This document shows, piece by piece, positions 26,213 through 34,499 of a stretch of DNA of 41,538 nucleotides; the first letter of the stretch is position 1, and each line of letters begins with the position of its first letter. Source of the stretch: Actinomycetota bacterium (lineage in GTDB: Bacteria; Actinomycetota; UBA4738); the NCBI GenBank assembly GCA_036721725.1, contig DAIMKN010000003.1:1-41538 (forward strand), read 5' to 3'. The notes beneath the pieces are model-generated. The model was not told where the DNA came from, did not search any database, and saw only the letters and a program-made list of their open reading frames with translations. The position numbers were made by a program, and so were the translations under genes.

Positions 26213-27249
26213 CGAACGCTCCGAACGGAGCTCCGGGGAAGGACGCCGGCGCGCGGGCCTACGCCGCGGCCGGGGTGGACCTGGGGGCCGCGGCGGAGGC
26301 GGTGGCTCGCATCCGTGAGGTCGCCGCCGCGGTCGTTCGTTCGCCGGACGCCACCCGCACCATCGGCGGCATCGGAGGGTTCGCCGGCCTGATCCGTCTC
26401 GGCGACGGGCGCGTCCTGGCGGCGGGGACGGACGGCGTCGGAACCAAGATCGAGATCGCCCGGGCGCTGGGCCGCTACGACACGGTGGGGATCGATCTGG
26501 TGGCGATGTGCGCGAACGACGTCGTGTGCACCGGCGCCGCGCCGCTGTTCTTCCTCGATTACCTGGCAGTCGGCCGGGTCGATCCCGAACGGGTCGCTGC
26601 CATCGTCGCCGGAGTGGCGGAGGGCTGCCGGCGAGCCCGGTGCGTCCTGCTGGGCGGTGAGACCGCCGAACATCCAGGGGTCATGGCCGACGACCAGTTC
26701 GACCTGGCCGGGTTCTGCGTCGGCATGGGGGAAGAGGCGACGCTGTTCGACCCGGCCGATGCGAGGCCCGGCGACGTTCTGATCGGGCTGCGTTCGACCG
26801 GCCTGCATTCGAACGGATTCAGCCTGGTCCGCGCGGCGTTCGACGGCCGAGCCCTGGACCAGCACGTGGACGAGCTCGGTCGAACGTTGGGCGAGGAGCT
26901 CCTCGAGCCCACCGCCATCTACGTCGACACGGTGCTGGCGCTGCGCGGTCTGGCCGTGTCGGTTGCGCACATCACGGGCGGCGGTCTCCACGAGAATCTT
27001 CCGCGAGCCCTTCCCAACCACCTGGGTGCAGTGGTACATAGGGACACGTGGCCGGTCCCACCGATCTTCGAACTGGTGGCAGAGGCGGCCGGCGTTCGTC
27101 CCGACGACCTGTTCGGCGTGCTGAACATGGGCATCGGGATGATCGTGGTGGTGCATCCGGCGGACGCCGAGGAAGCGCTCCGGGTGGCGGGTGACGGTGC
27201 GGTCGCCATCGGCTCGGTGCGCGCAGAAGCGGGGGTGTCGCTAACATGA
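26209..27249 (+). CDS. purM: AIR synthase (phosphoribosylformylglycinamidine cyclo-ligase); apparent non-canonical GTA start
   Basis: Conserved sequence runs from ...TNAPNGAPGKDAGARAYAAAGVDL... onward (DGVGTK, DLVAMCANDV, GGETAEHPG). There is no ATG/GTG/TTG in frame between the purF stop and the conserved Y-x-x-AGVD motif. The codon aligned to the initiator of homologues is GTA at 26209-26211. The 5' boundary is therefore uncertain. Confidence 0.8.
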   Translation, partial: VTNAPNGAPGKDAGARAYAAAGVDLGAAAEAVARIREVAAAVVRSPDATRTIGGIGGFAGLIRLGDGRVLAAGTDGVGTKIEIARALGRYDTVGIDLVAMCANDVVCTGAAPLFFLDYLAVGRVDPERVAAIVAGVAEGCRRARCVLLGGETAEHPGVMADDQFDLAGFCVGMGEEATLFDPADARPGDVLIGLRSTGLHSNGFSLVRAAFDGRALDQHVDELGRTLGEELLEPTAIYVDTVLALRGLAVSVAHITGGGLHENLPRALPNHLGAVVHRDTWPVPPIFELVAEAAGVRPDDLFGVLNMGIGMIVVVHPADAEEALRVAGDGAVAIGSVRAEAGVSLT

Positions 27250-27725
27250 ACACCAGGGTGAGCCAGATCGATGCCGGGTCCGAGCAGGTGGTGTCGTCGA
27301 ACGCCTTCAGGATGCCCCAGATCGCTTTGACGCCCCAAGCCGCCGCCCAGGCCGTGGGTGGCAAGCGCGTACTGATCGCCGAAGACGAGGTGGACCTGGC
27401 GTGGGTCGAACGCTTCAACCTCGAAGCCGAGGGCTATGAAGTGGAGTGGGCCGAGGAGGGCCGCCAGACGCTCGCGGTGCTCGAGTCGTTCGATCCACAC
27501 CTGCTGATCCTCGACGTGATGCTTCCCTACGTGGACGGATGGTCGGTGCTGGCCAGGCTCCGCGAGTGGCCCGACGAACGCCGCCCCAAGGTCATCGTGG
27601 TGTCAGCGGCGACCGGGCTGGCCGATCAGGAACGGGCCCTGACCCTCGGGGCGCGGTCGTTCCTGCCCAAGCCGTTCGACATGGACGACCTGCTGGAGCT
27701 GGTGGCGACGACGCTCGCTACCTGA
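27246..27725 (+). CDS. stand-alone response-regulator receiver domain protein (CheY-like)
   Basis: ATGA overlap with the purM stop. The receiver core is KRVLIAEDE...LLILDVMLP...KVIVVSA...KPF. The real start may be the internal ATG at 27312. Confidence 0.8.
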   Translation: MNTRVSQIDAGSEQVVSSNAFRMPQIALTPQAAAQAVGGKRVLIAEDEVDLAWVERFNLEAEGYEVEWAEEGRQTLAVLESFDPHLLILDVMLPYVDGWSVLARLREWPDERRPKVIVVSAATGLADQERALTLGARSFLPKPFDMDDLLELVATTLAT

Positions 27726-27741
27726 GCGGCGCGACCGCTCA
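27723..27741. terminator. hairpin TGAGCGG-cgcga-CCGCTCA spanning both convergent stop codons
   Basis: 7-bp perfect stem (27723-27729 with 27735-27741) and a 5-nt loop. The stem includes the TGA of the response regulator and the TGA (antisense) of the 70-aa gene. There is no U-tract. Confidence 0.35.
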
Positions 27742-27951
27742 GCCCGGGATCACCTTCCCGAACCGAACACCCAGCGCAGGCACCCGGCTCAGTTCGCCCT
27801 TGCGGTCACGGACCATGTAGGTGTTCGCCGCCTCGTCCCAGGACTCGAGGACGCCCACCGCCTCGCTGACGTAGCCGTTCGGGAGTTCGTACTGGAACGA
27901 CACGCGCTTGCCGATGTCCGTGGATCGAACGGAGTTCTGTCGCGGCGGCAT
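27739..27951 (-). CDS. small SH3-like hypothetical protein, 70 aa
   Basis: High GC3. RVSFQYELPNG.VSEAVGVLES.D....Y.VRDRKGELSRVP...VRFGKVIP resembles the N-terminal SH3-like module of Rv0428c-type acetyltransferases, from memory only. Confidence 0.55.
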   Translation of the reverse strand: MPPRQNSVRSTDIGKRVSFQYELPNGYVSEAVGVLESWDEAANTYMVRDRKGELSRVPALGVRFGKVIPG

Positions 27952-28094
27952 GCCTCCAACCTACCCGCTGCGAAGGCGGTCTCCAAGCGCGGGGCTGCGT
28001 CGCTCTCGCCAACGTATGACGCCATACGTTGATGCGAGTGAGCCCTGCCGGTGGGTGGTGGAACCGGGCGCCTACAGGAAGGAGACTGCATGCT

Positions 28095-29243
28095 ATGGCG
28101 GAACGGGGGCTCCCGCGGATGGGCTACTACGCCCGCATCACCCTGACGGTCATCGCTGTCTCCGCGGTGGTCGCCGCTGCGTGGTCCGTTCGGAACATCA
28201 TCCTGCTGGTCGTGGTGGCCGCGGTGCTGGCCGTCGGGCTCGACCCCGCGGTGCGCCGGCTCGAACGCCTCAAGCTCTCCCGTGGCTGGGCCGTTCTGAT
28301 CATCTTCCTTGCGGCCATCGCGTTCCTCGCCCTGTTCGGCTGGCTGGTCATCCCCCCGCTGGTGCGGCAGGTGACCTCGCTGGCCGGGCAGATCCCCGAC
28401 TATGTGCGACGGCTCCAGCACGACAATGGGTTCTTCGGCAACCTCGAACGCAAGTACCACCTCTCCACCAAGCTGAAGGACCTCACGCAGCACCTTCCGG
28501 CCGCTGCGTCGGCGTCGCTGTCGAAGATCCTCGGGCTCACCAAGAGCATCGCCGCCGTGGTGTTCAACCTCCTCACCATCGGCATCCTCACGATCTACTT
28601 CCTGCTGTCGCTCCCCAAGACCGAGGACTTCGCCGCGACGCTCCTGCCCGAGGACAACCTGGCCCGGAACGCGCGAACGCTGCAGGAGGCACTGACCCGG
28701 ATCGGCGGCTACGTTTCCGGCAACATCGCGGTGTCCATCATCGCGGGCGTCGGGGCGTTCATCGCCCTCGAGATCATCCGGGTGCCGTTCGCCGCGGCCC
28801 TGGCCATGTGGGTGGCGGTGGCCGACCTCATCCCGACCGTCGGGGCGACGCTCGGCGCGGTGGCCGCGGTCATCGTGGCCGCGTTCTCCGGGTGGGTGCC
28901 CGCCATCGCCACGACCGCGTACTTCGTGGTGTACCAGCAGGTGGAGAACTACCTCATCGTGCCGCGGGTGATGAAGAAGGCCGTCGACCTGTCGCCGGCC
29001 GCGGTCATCGTGAGCGTGCTGGTCGGCGGCAGCCTGGCCGGGTTCGCCGGGGCGCTGCTGGCGCTCCCCGTCGCCGCCGCCGCCAAGGTGGTCATCCACG
29101 AGGTGTGGCTCGGGCCCCGTTCGGCGCGCGTCGCCGACGCCGAACACGCCCCCGTCGCCGACGCCGAACACGCCCCCGTCGCCGACGCCGAACACGCCCC
29201 CGTCGTCCTATCGCCCCCGCCGACCTCCGCTCCCTCGGGGTGA
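28095..29243 (+). CDS. AI-2E family (PerM/UPF0118) transporter
   Basis: AGGAAGGAGAC precedes ATG 28095. It has multiple TM helices and the characteristic ...ADLIPTVGATLGAV... and YQQVENYLIVPRVM motifs. Confidence 0.85.
   Translation: MAERGLPRMGYYARITLTVIAVSAVVAAAWSVRNIILLVVVAAVLAVGLDPAVRRLERLKLSRGWAVLIIFLAAIAFLALFGWLVIPPLVRQVTSLAGQIPDYVRRLQHDNGFFGNLERKYHLSTKLKDLTQHLPAAASASLSKILGLTKSIAAVVFNLLTIGILTIYFLLSLPKTEDFAATLLPEDNLARNARTLQEALTRIGGYVSGNIAVSIIAGVGAFIALEIIRVPFAAALAMWVAVADLIPTVGATLGAVAAVIVAAFSGWVPAIATTAYFVVYQQVENYLIVPRVMKKAVDLSPAAVIVSVLVGGSLAGFAGALLALPVAAAAKVVIHEVWLGPRSARVADAEHAPVADAEHAPVADAEHAPVVLSPPPTSAPSG
29130..29205 (+). repeat. 24-nt perfect tandem repeat x3 (GTCGCCGACGCCGAACACGCCCCC) encoding VADAEHAP x3
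   Basis: Units at 29130-29153, 29154-29177 and 29178-29201, plus a 4-nt partial unit. The repeat lies inside the C-terminal cytoplasmic tail of the AI-2E transporter. Confidence 0.9.
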
Positions 29244-29259
29244 CGACAGACGTCGAACG

Positions 29260-29769
29260 TCATCCCTTTGCGTCTCCGTCCAGCGTCAGGAGGACTCCCT
29301 CGACCCTGGTGCCGGCCGGGTTGATCCACCCGTCGTCGTCGTTCGAGACCCTGAACCCACATCTGTCCAGGACGCGAAGAGACGCGACGTTGTGCTTGGC
29401 GACGCGGGCGTAGAGAGGCCGAGTGGGGTCATGATGCAGGAACAGCGACAGCGCCTCCGAGGCGATGCCCTGGCCCCAGAAGCTCCGACCGATCCAGTAC
29501 CCCACCTCTCGCTCACCATCAAGTTCGAAGCTCACGACATTGCCGGCGACCTGCCCGCCGAACACGATGGCCTTCTTGATGATTGCCTCGTCGGCCAGGA
29601 TCTTGGCCCAGTGCGACATGAACGCCTCGCGGTCCCGGGCCGGGAAGGCGGCCATCCGGTTCGCGTCCGGGTCCCGCTGGTGTTCGAACAAGACGGGGAG
29701 GTCATCCTCGGTCAGGTCGCGCAGGAAGAGTGGTGTCGTGGAGGCGGGAGCCCTGGGTTGAAGGGGCAC
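29260..29769 (-). CDS. GNAT family N-acetyltransferase (RimJ/RimL-like)
   Basis: 169 aa. The acetyl-CoA motif is YWIGRSFWGQGIASEA, followed by N.AS.RVLD.CGF. Confidence 0.8.
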   Translation of the reverse strand: MPLQPRAPASTTPLFLRDLTEDDLPVLFEHQRDPDANRMAAFPARDREAFMSHWAKILADEAIIKKAIVFGGQVAGNVVSFELDGEREVGYWIGRSFWGQGIASEALSLFLHHDPTRPLYARVAKHNVASLRVLDRCGFRVSNDDDGWINPAGTRVEGVLLTLDGDAKG

Positions 29770-29772
29770 GAG

Positions 29773-30687
29773 CTACCCGCGAACGCGGGTGATGGCGTCG
29801 GCGGAGGGGCGGGGGAACGAGTCCGGGTGGACGGCCCAGGCCAGGATCTCCAGGCCGTCCACCAGCCGCGGTCCGGGTCGCGAGAAGTACGACGAGGCGT
29901 CGACCGCGAACACGTCGCCGTTGCGCGCGGCCGATGTTCCGGCGAAGTCGGGTTGGGCGTAGAGGCGTTCGGCCTGCTCCTGCGCCTCGTCCAGGTAGAA
30001 GCCGCACGGCATCACCACGATGACCTCCGGAGTGGCGTCGGCGATCTCGCGCCATCCGGCTCGGCGCGACGGCTGGGCAGGTTCGCTCAGCAGGTTCGTG
30101 CCGCCGGCGATGGTCACCATCTCCGGGACCCAGTGGCCGCCGATCCACGGCGGGTCGCTCCACTCGAGCGCCAGCGTGCGGATGGTGGGAAGTCGAACAG
30201 CCTTGGTTCGAACGCGTTCGATCCGGTGTCGGAAGCCCTCGACCAGCTCGGTGGCGAGCGCTTCCGTGCCGGTGGCCCGGCCCACCTCGGCGATCCCTTT
30301 CCACACGTCCTCCAGCGTGTGCGGGTCCAGCGAGATCACCTGCGACGAACAGCCGAGCTCCTTCAGCGCGTCCTGCACCTGGCCTGATGGGACGGCGCAC
30401 ACGCGGCACAGGTCCTGGGCCAGGATGAGGTCGGGCTGGATTCGCTGGATGAGGTCGCGGTCCAGACGGTAGATCGATTCCTGTCGGTCCATGAACCCGC
30501 CCACCATCGCGTCGATCTCGGCGGGCGAGAGCAGCCTGTCCTGCGGCAGCGCGGTCTCCGACACCACGGGCTTCGAGGTGGCCTCCGGCGGGAAGTCGCA
30601 CTCGTACGTCACGCCCTCCAGCTGGTCGCCGAGGCCGAGCGCGAACACGATCTCGGTGGCCGACGGGAGCAGCGAGACGATCTTCAC
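29773..30687 (-). CDS. BtuF/TroA-like (PF01497-type) binding protein without a signal peptide
   Basis: It starts VKIVSLLPSATEIVFALGLGDQLEGVT directly, with no hydrophobic leader or lipobox. This is the cobalamin/siderophore-binding fold pattern. GTG start at 30687. Confidence 0.75.
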   Translation of the reverse strand: MKIVSLLPSATEIVFALGLGDQLEGVTYECDFPPEATSKPVVSETALPQDRLLSPAEIDAMVGGFMDRQESIYRLDRDLIQRIQPDLILAQDLCRVCAVPSGQVQDALKELGCSSQVISLDPHTLEDVWKGIAEVGRATGTEALATELVEGFRHRIERVRTKAVRLPTIRTLALEWSDPPWIGGHWVPEMVTIAGGTNLLSEPAQPSRRAGWREIADATPEVIVVMPCGFYLDEAQEQAERLYAQPDFAGTSAARNGDVFAVDASSYFSRPGPRLVDGLEILAWAVHPDSFPRPSADAITRVRG

Positions 30688-30702
30688 GGAGGGCTCAACG
30701 GC

Positions 30703-31998
30703 TCAGCGGGGGAGCGCGCCGAGCCGGAACGGGCTCTCCAGCAGCTCGCCCAGGGTCTTGAGGGCACGGCCCGCCTCCGCGCCGTCCATGACCCGGTGGT
30801 CGAACGACAACGAGAGCGTGGCAGCCGAACGAGCTACCACGTCGCCGTCCACGACCAGCGCGCGCGGTTCGATGACGCCCACCGCAAGGATGGCCGCCTC
30901 GGGGTGGTTGATGATGGGCGTGCCGAACTCCGCTCCGAACGTCCCCACGTTCGACACGGTGATGGTGCTGCCGAACAGCTCGTTCGGCCCGGCCCGGCCG
31001 GTCCTGGCGGCCTCCACCAGGCGGGCCATCTCCCCGGCCAGCTCCAAGATGCCGAGCGAGCCCGCGTCGTGGACGACGGGAACCATCAGGCCCTGTTCGG
31101 TGTCGGCGGCGATGCCCACGTGGACCTGGCCGAACACCTCGATGGTCGGGCCGTCGTCCTGCCACGTCGCGTTCAGCATGGGGTGGTCGCGACACACGTC
31201 GACCAGGGCTCGAACGATGATCGGAAGCGGCGTGATCCGCGAGCCGGACTGGCGGCTGAGCTCCTCGCGGAACGCGAGCAGCCACGTGCAATCCACGGTG
31301 AGGAACGTCGTGACGTGTGGGATCTCCCGCACCGAGCGCGCCATCTTCTCGGCGACCAGCCGCCGCACGCCGCGAACGGGGATCGCAGGCGACTCGCCGG
31401 TGATCAACGTGAACGGCCGCCGACCCTCGTCGTCGGCAGGCCCGATGCCGGCGTAGAGATCGGCTCGGCGTTCCGCGCCGGGCGTCGAACCTCGGTGCGA
31501 AGCGTCCTCGACGTCCGTTCGGGTGATGCGGCCGTTCGGACCGGTGCCGCTCACCGTCGCCAGGTCGATCCCCATCTCCTTGGCCAGACGACGAACGACC
31601 GGGGTGGCTCGAACCCGCTCCGCGCCACGCGGGGCGCGCTTGCGGGCGACCGGTTCGGGATGGGTCTCCTCGTCCTCCGCCACGCCGTAGCCGACCAGGA
31701 CCGCGCGGCGTTTCGGCTTGGCTTCCGTCGGGGCTACGGCCTCCTCGGTGATATCTTCGGCCACGTCGATCGTCACCAGGGGCTTGCCCACCTCCACCAC
31801 GTCTCCGTCGGCCGCGTGGAGCGTTCGAACCACCCCTTCCCACGGCGAGGGGATCTCCACCAGCGCTTTGGCCGTGTTGACCTCCACCAGCACCTGGTTC
31901 AGTTCGACGCGGTCGCCCTCCGCGACCTTCCACGCCACGACCTCGGCGTCCTCCAGCCCCTCGCCGAGGTCCGGGAGGAGGAACTCTCGAACGCTCAC
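30703..31998 (-). CDS. bkdC: branched-chain 2-oxoacid dehydrogenase E2 (dihydrolipoamide acyltransferase)
   Basis: Lipoyl domain ...VEVNTAKALVEIPSP..., an E3/E1-binding domain (ATPVVRRLAKEMGIDL) and the catalytic end LSLSFDHRVMDGA. Confidence 0.9.
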   Translation of the reverse strand: MSVREFLLPDLGEGLEDAEVVAWKVAEGDRVELNQVLVEVNTAKALVEIPSPWEGVVRTLHAADGDVVEVGKPLVTIDVAEDITEEAVAPTEAKPKRRAVLVGYGVAEDEETHPEPVARKRAPRGAERVRATPVVRRLAKEMGIDLATVSGTGPNGRITRTDVEDASHRGSTPGAERRADLYAGIGPADDEGRRPFTLITGESPAIPVRGVRRLVAEKMARSVREIPHVTTFLTVDCTWLLAFREELSRQSGSRITPLPIIVRALVDVCRDHPMLNATWQDDGPTIEVFGQVHVGIAADTEQGLMVPVVHDAGSLGILELAGEMARLVEAARTGRAGPNELFGSTITVSNVGTFGAEFGTPIINHPEAAILAVGVIEPRALVVDGDVVARSAATLSLSFDHRVMDGAEAGRALKTLGELLESPFRLGALPR

Positions 31999-32387
31999 GC
32001 CTCACCTGCGGTGGAGTGCTTCCGCCGCGAGTACCACTCGCGGTGCTCGCGACAGAGACCATCATGGCCGAACGTGGCGATGAGGACGCCGTCAAGCTGG
32101 ACGTGCTGCGAGGGGTCGTCACGAGGGACGAAGCCCACCCGCCAGTGGGCGATGCCCATGTCGCCGGACACCGCTAGCGCCTCGAACGAGGACGTCACGT
32201 TCGTCTGGTTCTCCGGATCGGCGATCCACCGTTCGGCGATCTCGTCGCGGCCCTGCCAGGGTTCGCCGAACGGTCCGATGGCGTACGTGGCGTCCTCGGC
32301 GAACAAAGCCTCCACGGCGGAACGGTCGTTCGACGCCCACGCCTCGAAGTAGCGTGCCAGCCAGGCCTCGAACGCAGCCCGGTCCAT
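31995..32387 (-). CDS. NTF2-like / SnoaL-like small protein embedded in the bkd operon
   Basis: 130 aa. The pattern ...FEAWLARYFEAWASNDRSAVEALFAEDATY...WQGRDEI... is a SnoaL/NTF2 pattern. GGGAGGGG precedes ATG 32387. Its stop overlaps the E2 GTG (GTGA). Confidence 0.65.
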   Translation of the reverse strand: MDRAAFEAWLARYFEAWASNDRSAVEALFAEDATYAIGPFGEPWQGRDEIAERWIADPENQTNVTSSFEALAVSGDMGIAHWRVGFVPRDDPSQHVQLDGVLIATFGHDGLCREHREWYSRRKHSTAGEA

Positions 32388-32401
32388 GCCATCCCCTCCC
32401 A

Positions 32402-33391
32402 TCAGTAGTTCGTCACCACCTCGACCGCGGCCAGGATGCGTTCGACGCTTGGGACGTAGTGCTCCTCGATGGTGGCGGGCGGGTACGGCGTGTCGAACCC
32501 CGTCACGCGCAGGACCGGCGCCTCCAGATCGTCGAAGCAGTCCTCCATGATGCGCGCCACGACCTCCGCGCCGAAACCGAGCGTCATCGGTGCCTCGTGT
32601 ACGACGACGGCGCGGCCAGTGTCGCGGACGGCATCGGCCAGCATATCGAGGTCGAGCGGCACCAGCGAACGCAGGTCCAGGACCTTGAGGTCGGGGCCGT
32701 CGTCGTCGGCGGCGGCGCGTTCGGCGGCCGCCACGCAGCGAGAGACCATCGCGCCGTAGGCGATGAGCGTGCAGTCGGTTCCCTCGCGGACCACGCGGGC
32801 CTTCCCGATGGGCAGCGCCGAGCCGTTCGACGCGCCCAACTCGCCGCGTTCCTTGGACCAGTAGCGGCTCTTCGGCTCCAGGAAGATGACCGGATCGGGG
32901 TCGGCGATCGACGCCCGGAGCAGATCGTAGGCGTCGAGCGCCGACGACGGCACGACGACCTTGAGGCCGGCCGTGTGCGCGTAGTAGGTCTCGGGGCTCT
33001 CCGAGTGGTGTTCGGCCGCGCCGATGCCGCCGGCGAACGGGATCCGAACGACGACCGGCATGGGCTGGTGGCCGCGGGAGCGGTATCGGTACTTCGCGAT
33101 GTGGCTGATGATCTGGTCGAGCGCCGGGTAGGAGAACCCGTCGAACTGCATCTCGGACACCGGATGCCAACCCGCCAGGGCCAGGCCGACGGATGCGCCC
33201 GCGATGCCGGCCTCCGCCAGCGGCGTGTCGAAGACGCGTTCGATGCCGAACTCGTCCTGCAGGCCGTCCGTCACGCGGAACACGCCGCCGAGGGCGCCGA
33301 CGTCCTCGCCCAGGATCAGCATCCGAGGGTCGTCGCGCAGCGAGTGGCGGAGGGCCTCGTTCAGCGCCTGGACCATGGTCACGTCAGGCAT
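32402..33391 (-). CDS. bkdB: 2-oxoisovalerate dehydrogenase E1 beta subunit
   Basis: 329 aa. Motifs ...LGEDVG..GGVFR.T.GL...FG..RV.DTPLAE... and HSESPE are present. Confidence 0.9.
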   Translation of the reverse strand: MPDVTMVQALNEALRHSLRDDPRMLILGEDVGALGGVFRVTDGLQDEFGIERVFDTPLAEAGIAGASVGLALAGWHPVSEMQFDGFSYPALDQIISHIAKYRYRSRGHQPMPVVVRIPFAGGIGAAEHHSESPETYYAHTAGLKVVVPSSALDAYDLLRASIADPDPVIFLEPKSRYWSKERGELGASNGSALPIGKARVVREGTDCTLIAYGAMVSRCVAAAERAAADDDGPDLKVLDLRSLVPLDLDMLADAVRDTGRAVVVHEAPMTLGFGAEVVARIMEDCFDDLEAPVLRVTGFDTPYPPATIEEHYVPSVERILAAVEVVTNY

Positions 33392-34499
33392 GGTCGCCTC
33401 CGGACTCCCCGGAGAACCGCAGCATGTCGTCGCGCTGACGGGCCAGATGCTGGGGGAGCCCGCCGGCGGCGTCGAACACCCACTCGAAGAGCTCGGCCAC
33501 CGGTCGCGGCCCCGACCCGGTCACTCCCGCCCGCATCCGGGCCGCGAACCCCTTCGCCTCCTCCTCGATCTCCGCCAGGAACGCGTCGTCGCCCACGCCG
33601 GAGGCCAGGAGCCACGTTCGATACCGCGTCAGCGGATCCAGCGCCTGCCACGGCTCCAGGTCGCTCGCCGCGCGGTACTTCGACGCGTCGTCGGCAGTCG
33701 AATGGGGGCCCATGCGGTACGTCAGCGCCTCGATGAGCGTGGGCGTTCCGTGGTCGCGCGCGAGGGCCGCGGCGTCGCGGGTGGCCTGATACACGGCCAG
33801 CACGTCGTTCCCGTCGACCAGGACGCCGGGGAATCCGTACGCCTCGGCCTTCTTCCAGATCGGCGCGACGGTCTGGGCGGAGAGCGGCACGGAGATGGCC
33901 CACTGGTTGTTCTGGCAGAAGAAGACAACGGGCGCGCCGAACACCGCCGCGAAGTTGCACCCCTCGTGGAAGTCGCCCTCCGAGGTGGCGCCGTCGCCGA
34001 AGTAGGCCAGCGAACACACCCCCGAGCCGTCCAGCTTCGCTCCCATGGCGTAGCCCACGGCGTGGATGATCTGCGAGGCTACCGGCACGCTCACCATGCC
34101 GAACCGGTGGACGTTCGAGTCATACGTCCCCCCGTGCCAGGTGGCCCGGTAGAAGTGCAGGTACTCCACGAGGTCGACGCCCCGCACCAGCGCCGCCCCC
34201 AACTCCCGGTACGACGGGAAGATCCAGTCCGACTCCTGCAGCGCGAACGCCGAACCCACCTGAGCCGCCTCCTGGCCGAGCAGCGGTGGGTAGACGGCCA
34301 GCTCGCCCTGGCGCTGCAGCGCGGTCGCCTCCAGGTCCGCCCGCCGGGTCAGTGCCATCAGACGGTACAGCTCGCGGAGCTCTTTCTCCGTGAGGCCGAG
34401 CGCCCCGAGGTCCGGGTCGGGGTGGCCCTCTGCGGGGAGCACGCGCAGAGGTTCGGCGCCGGGGTCGTAGGCCCCCGCCCGCGGGACCGGCGCGGTCAT
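33384..34499 (-). CDS. bkdA: 2-oxoisovalerate dehydrogenase E1 alpha subunit (TPP-dependent)
   Basis: I trimmed the track ORF to ATG 34499 (ATGA overlap with ldh). The TPP motif is YFGDGATSEGDFHEGCNFA...FFCQNNQWAIS. Confidence 0.9.
   Translation of the reverse strand: MTAPVPRAGAYDPGAEPLRVLPAEGHPDPDLGALGLTEKELRELYRLMALTRRADLEATALQRQGELAVYPPLLGQEAAQVGSAFALQESDWIFPSYRELGAALVRGVDLVEYLHFYRATWHGGTYDSNVHRFGMVSVPVASQIIHAVGYAMGAKLDGSGVCSLAYFGDGATSEGDFHEGCNFAAVFGAPVVFFCQNNQWAISVPLSAQTVAPIWKKAEAYGFPGVLVDGNDVLAVYQATRDAAALARDHGTPTLIEALTYRMGPHSTADDASKYRAASDLEPWQALDPLTRYRTWLLASGVGDDAFLAEIEEEAKGFAARMRAGVTGSGPRPVAELFEWVFDAAGGLPQHLARQRDDMLRFSGESGGDHA

Noticed and set aside
29130-29205. Tandem repeat as a possible CRISPR array.
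   Set aside because: The units are directly abutting with no spacers. They are 24 nt long, in frame and inside a transporter ORF, and there are no cas genes in the window.
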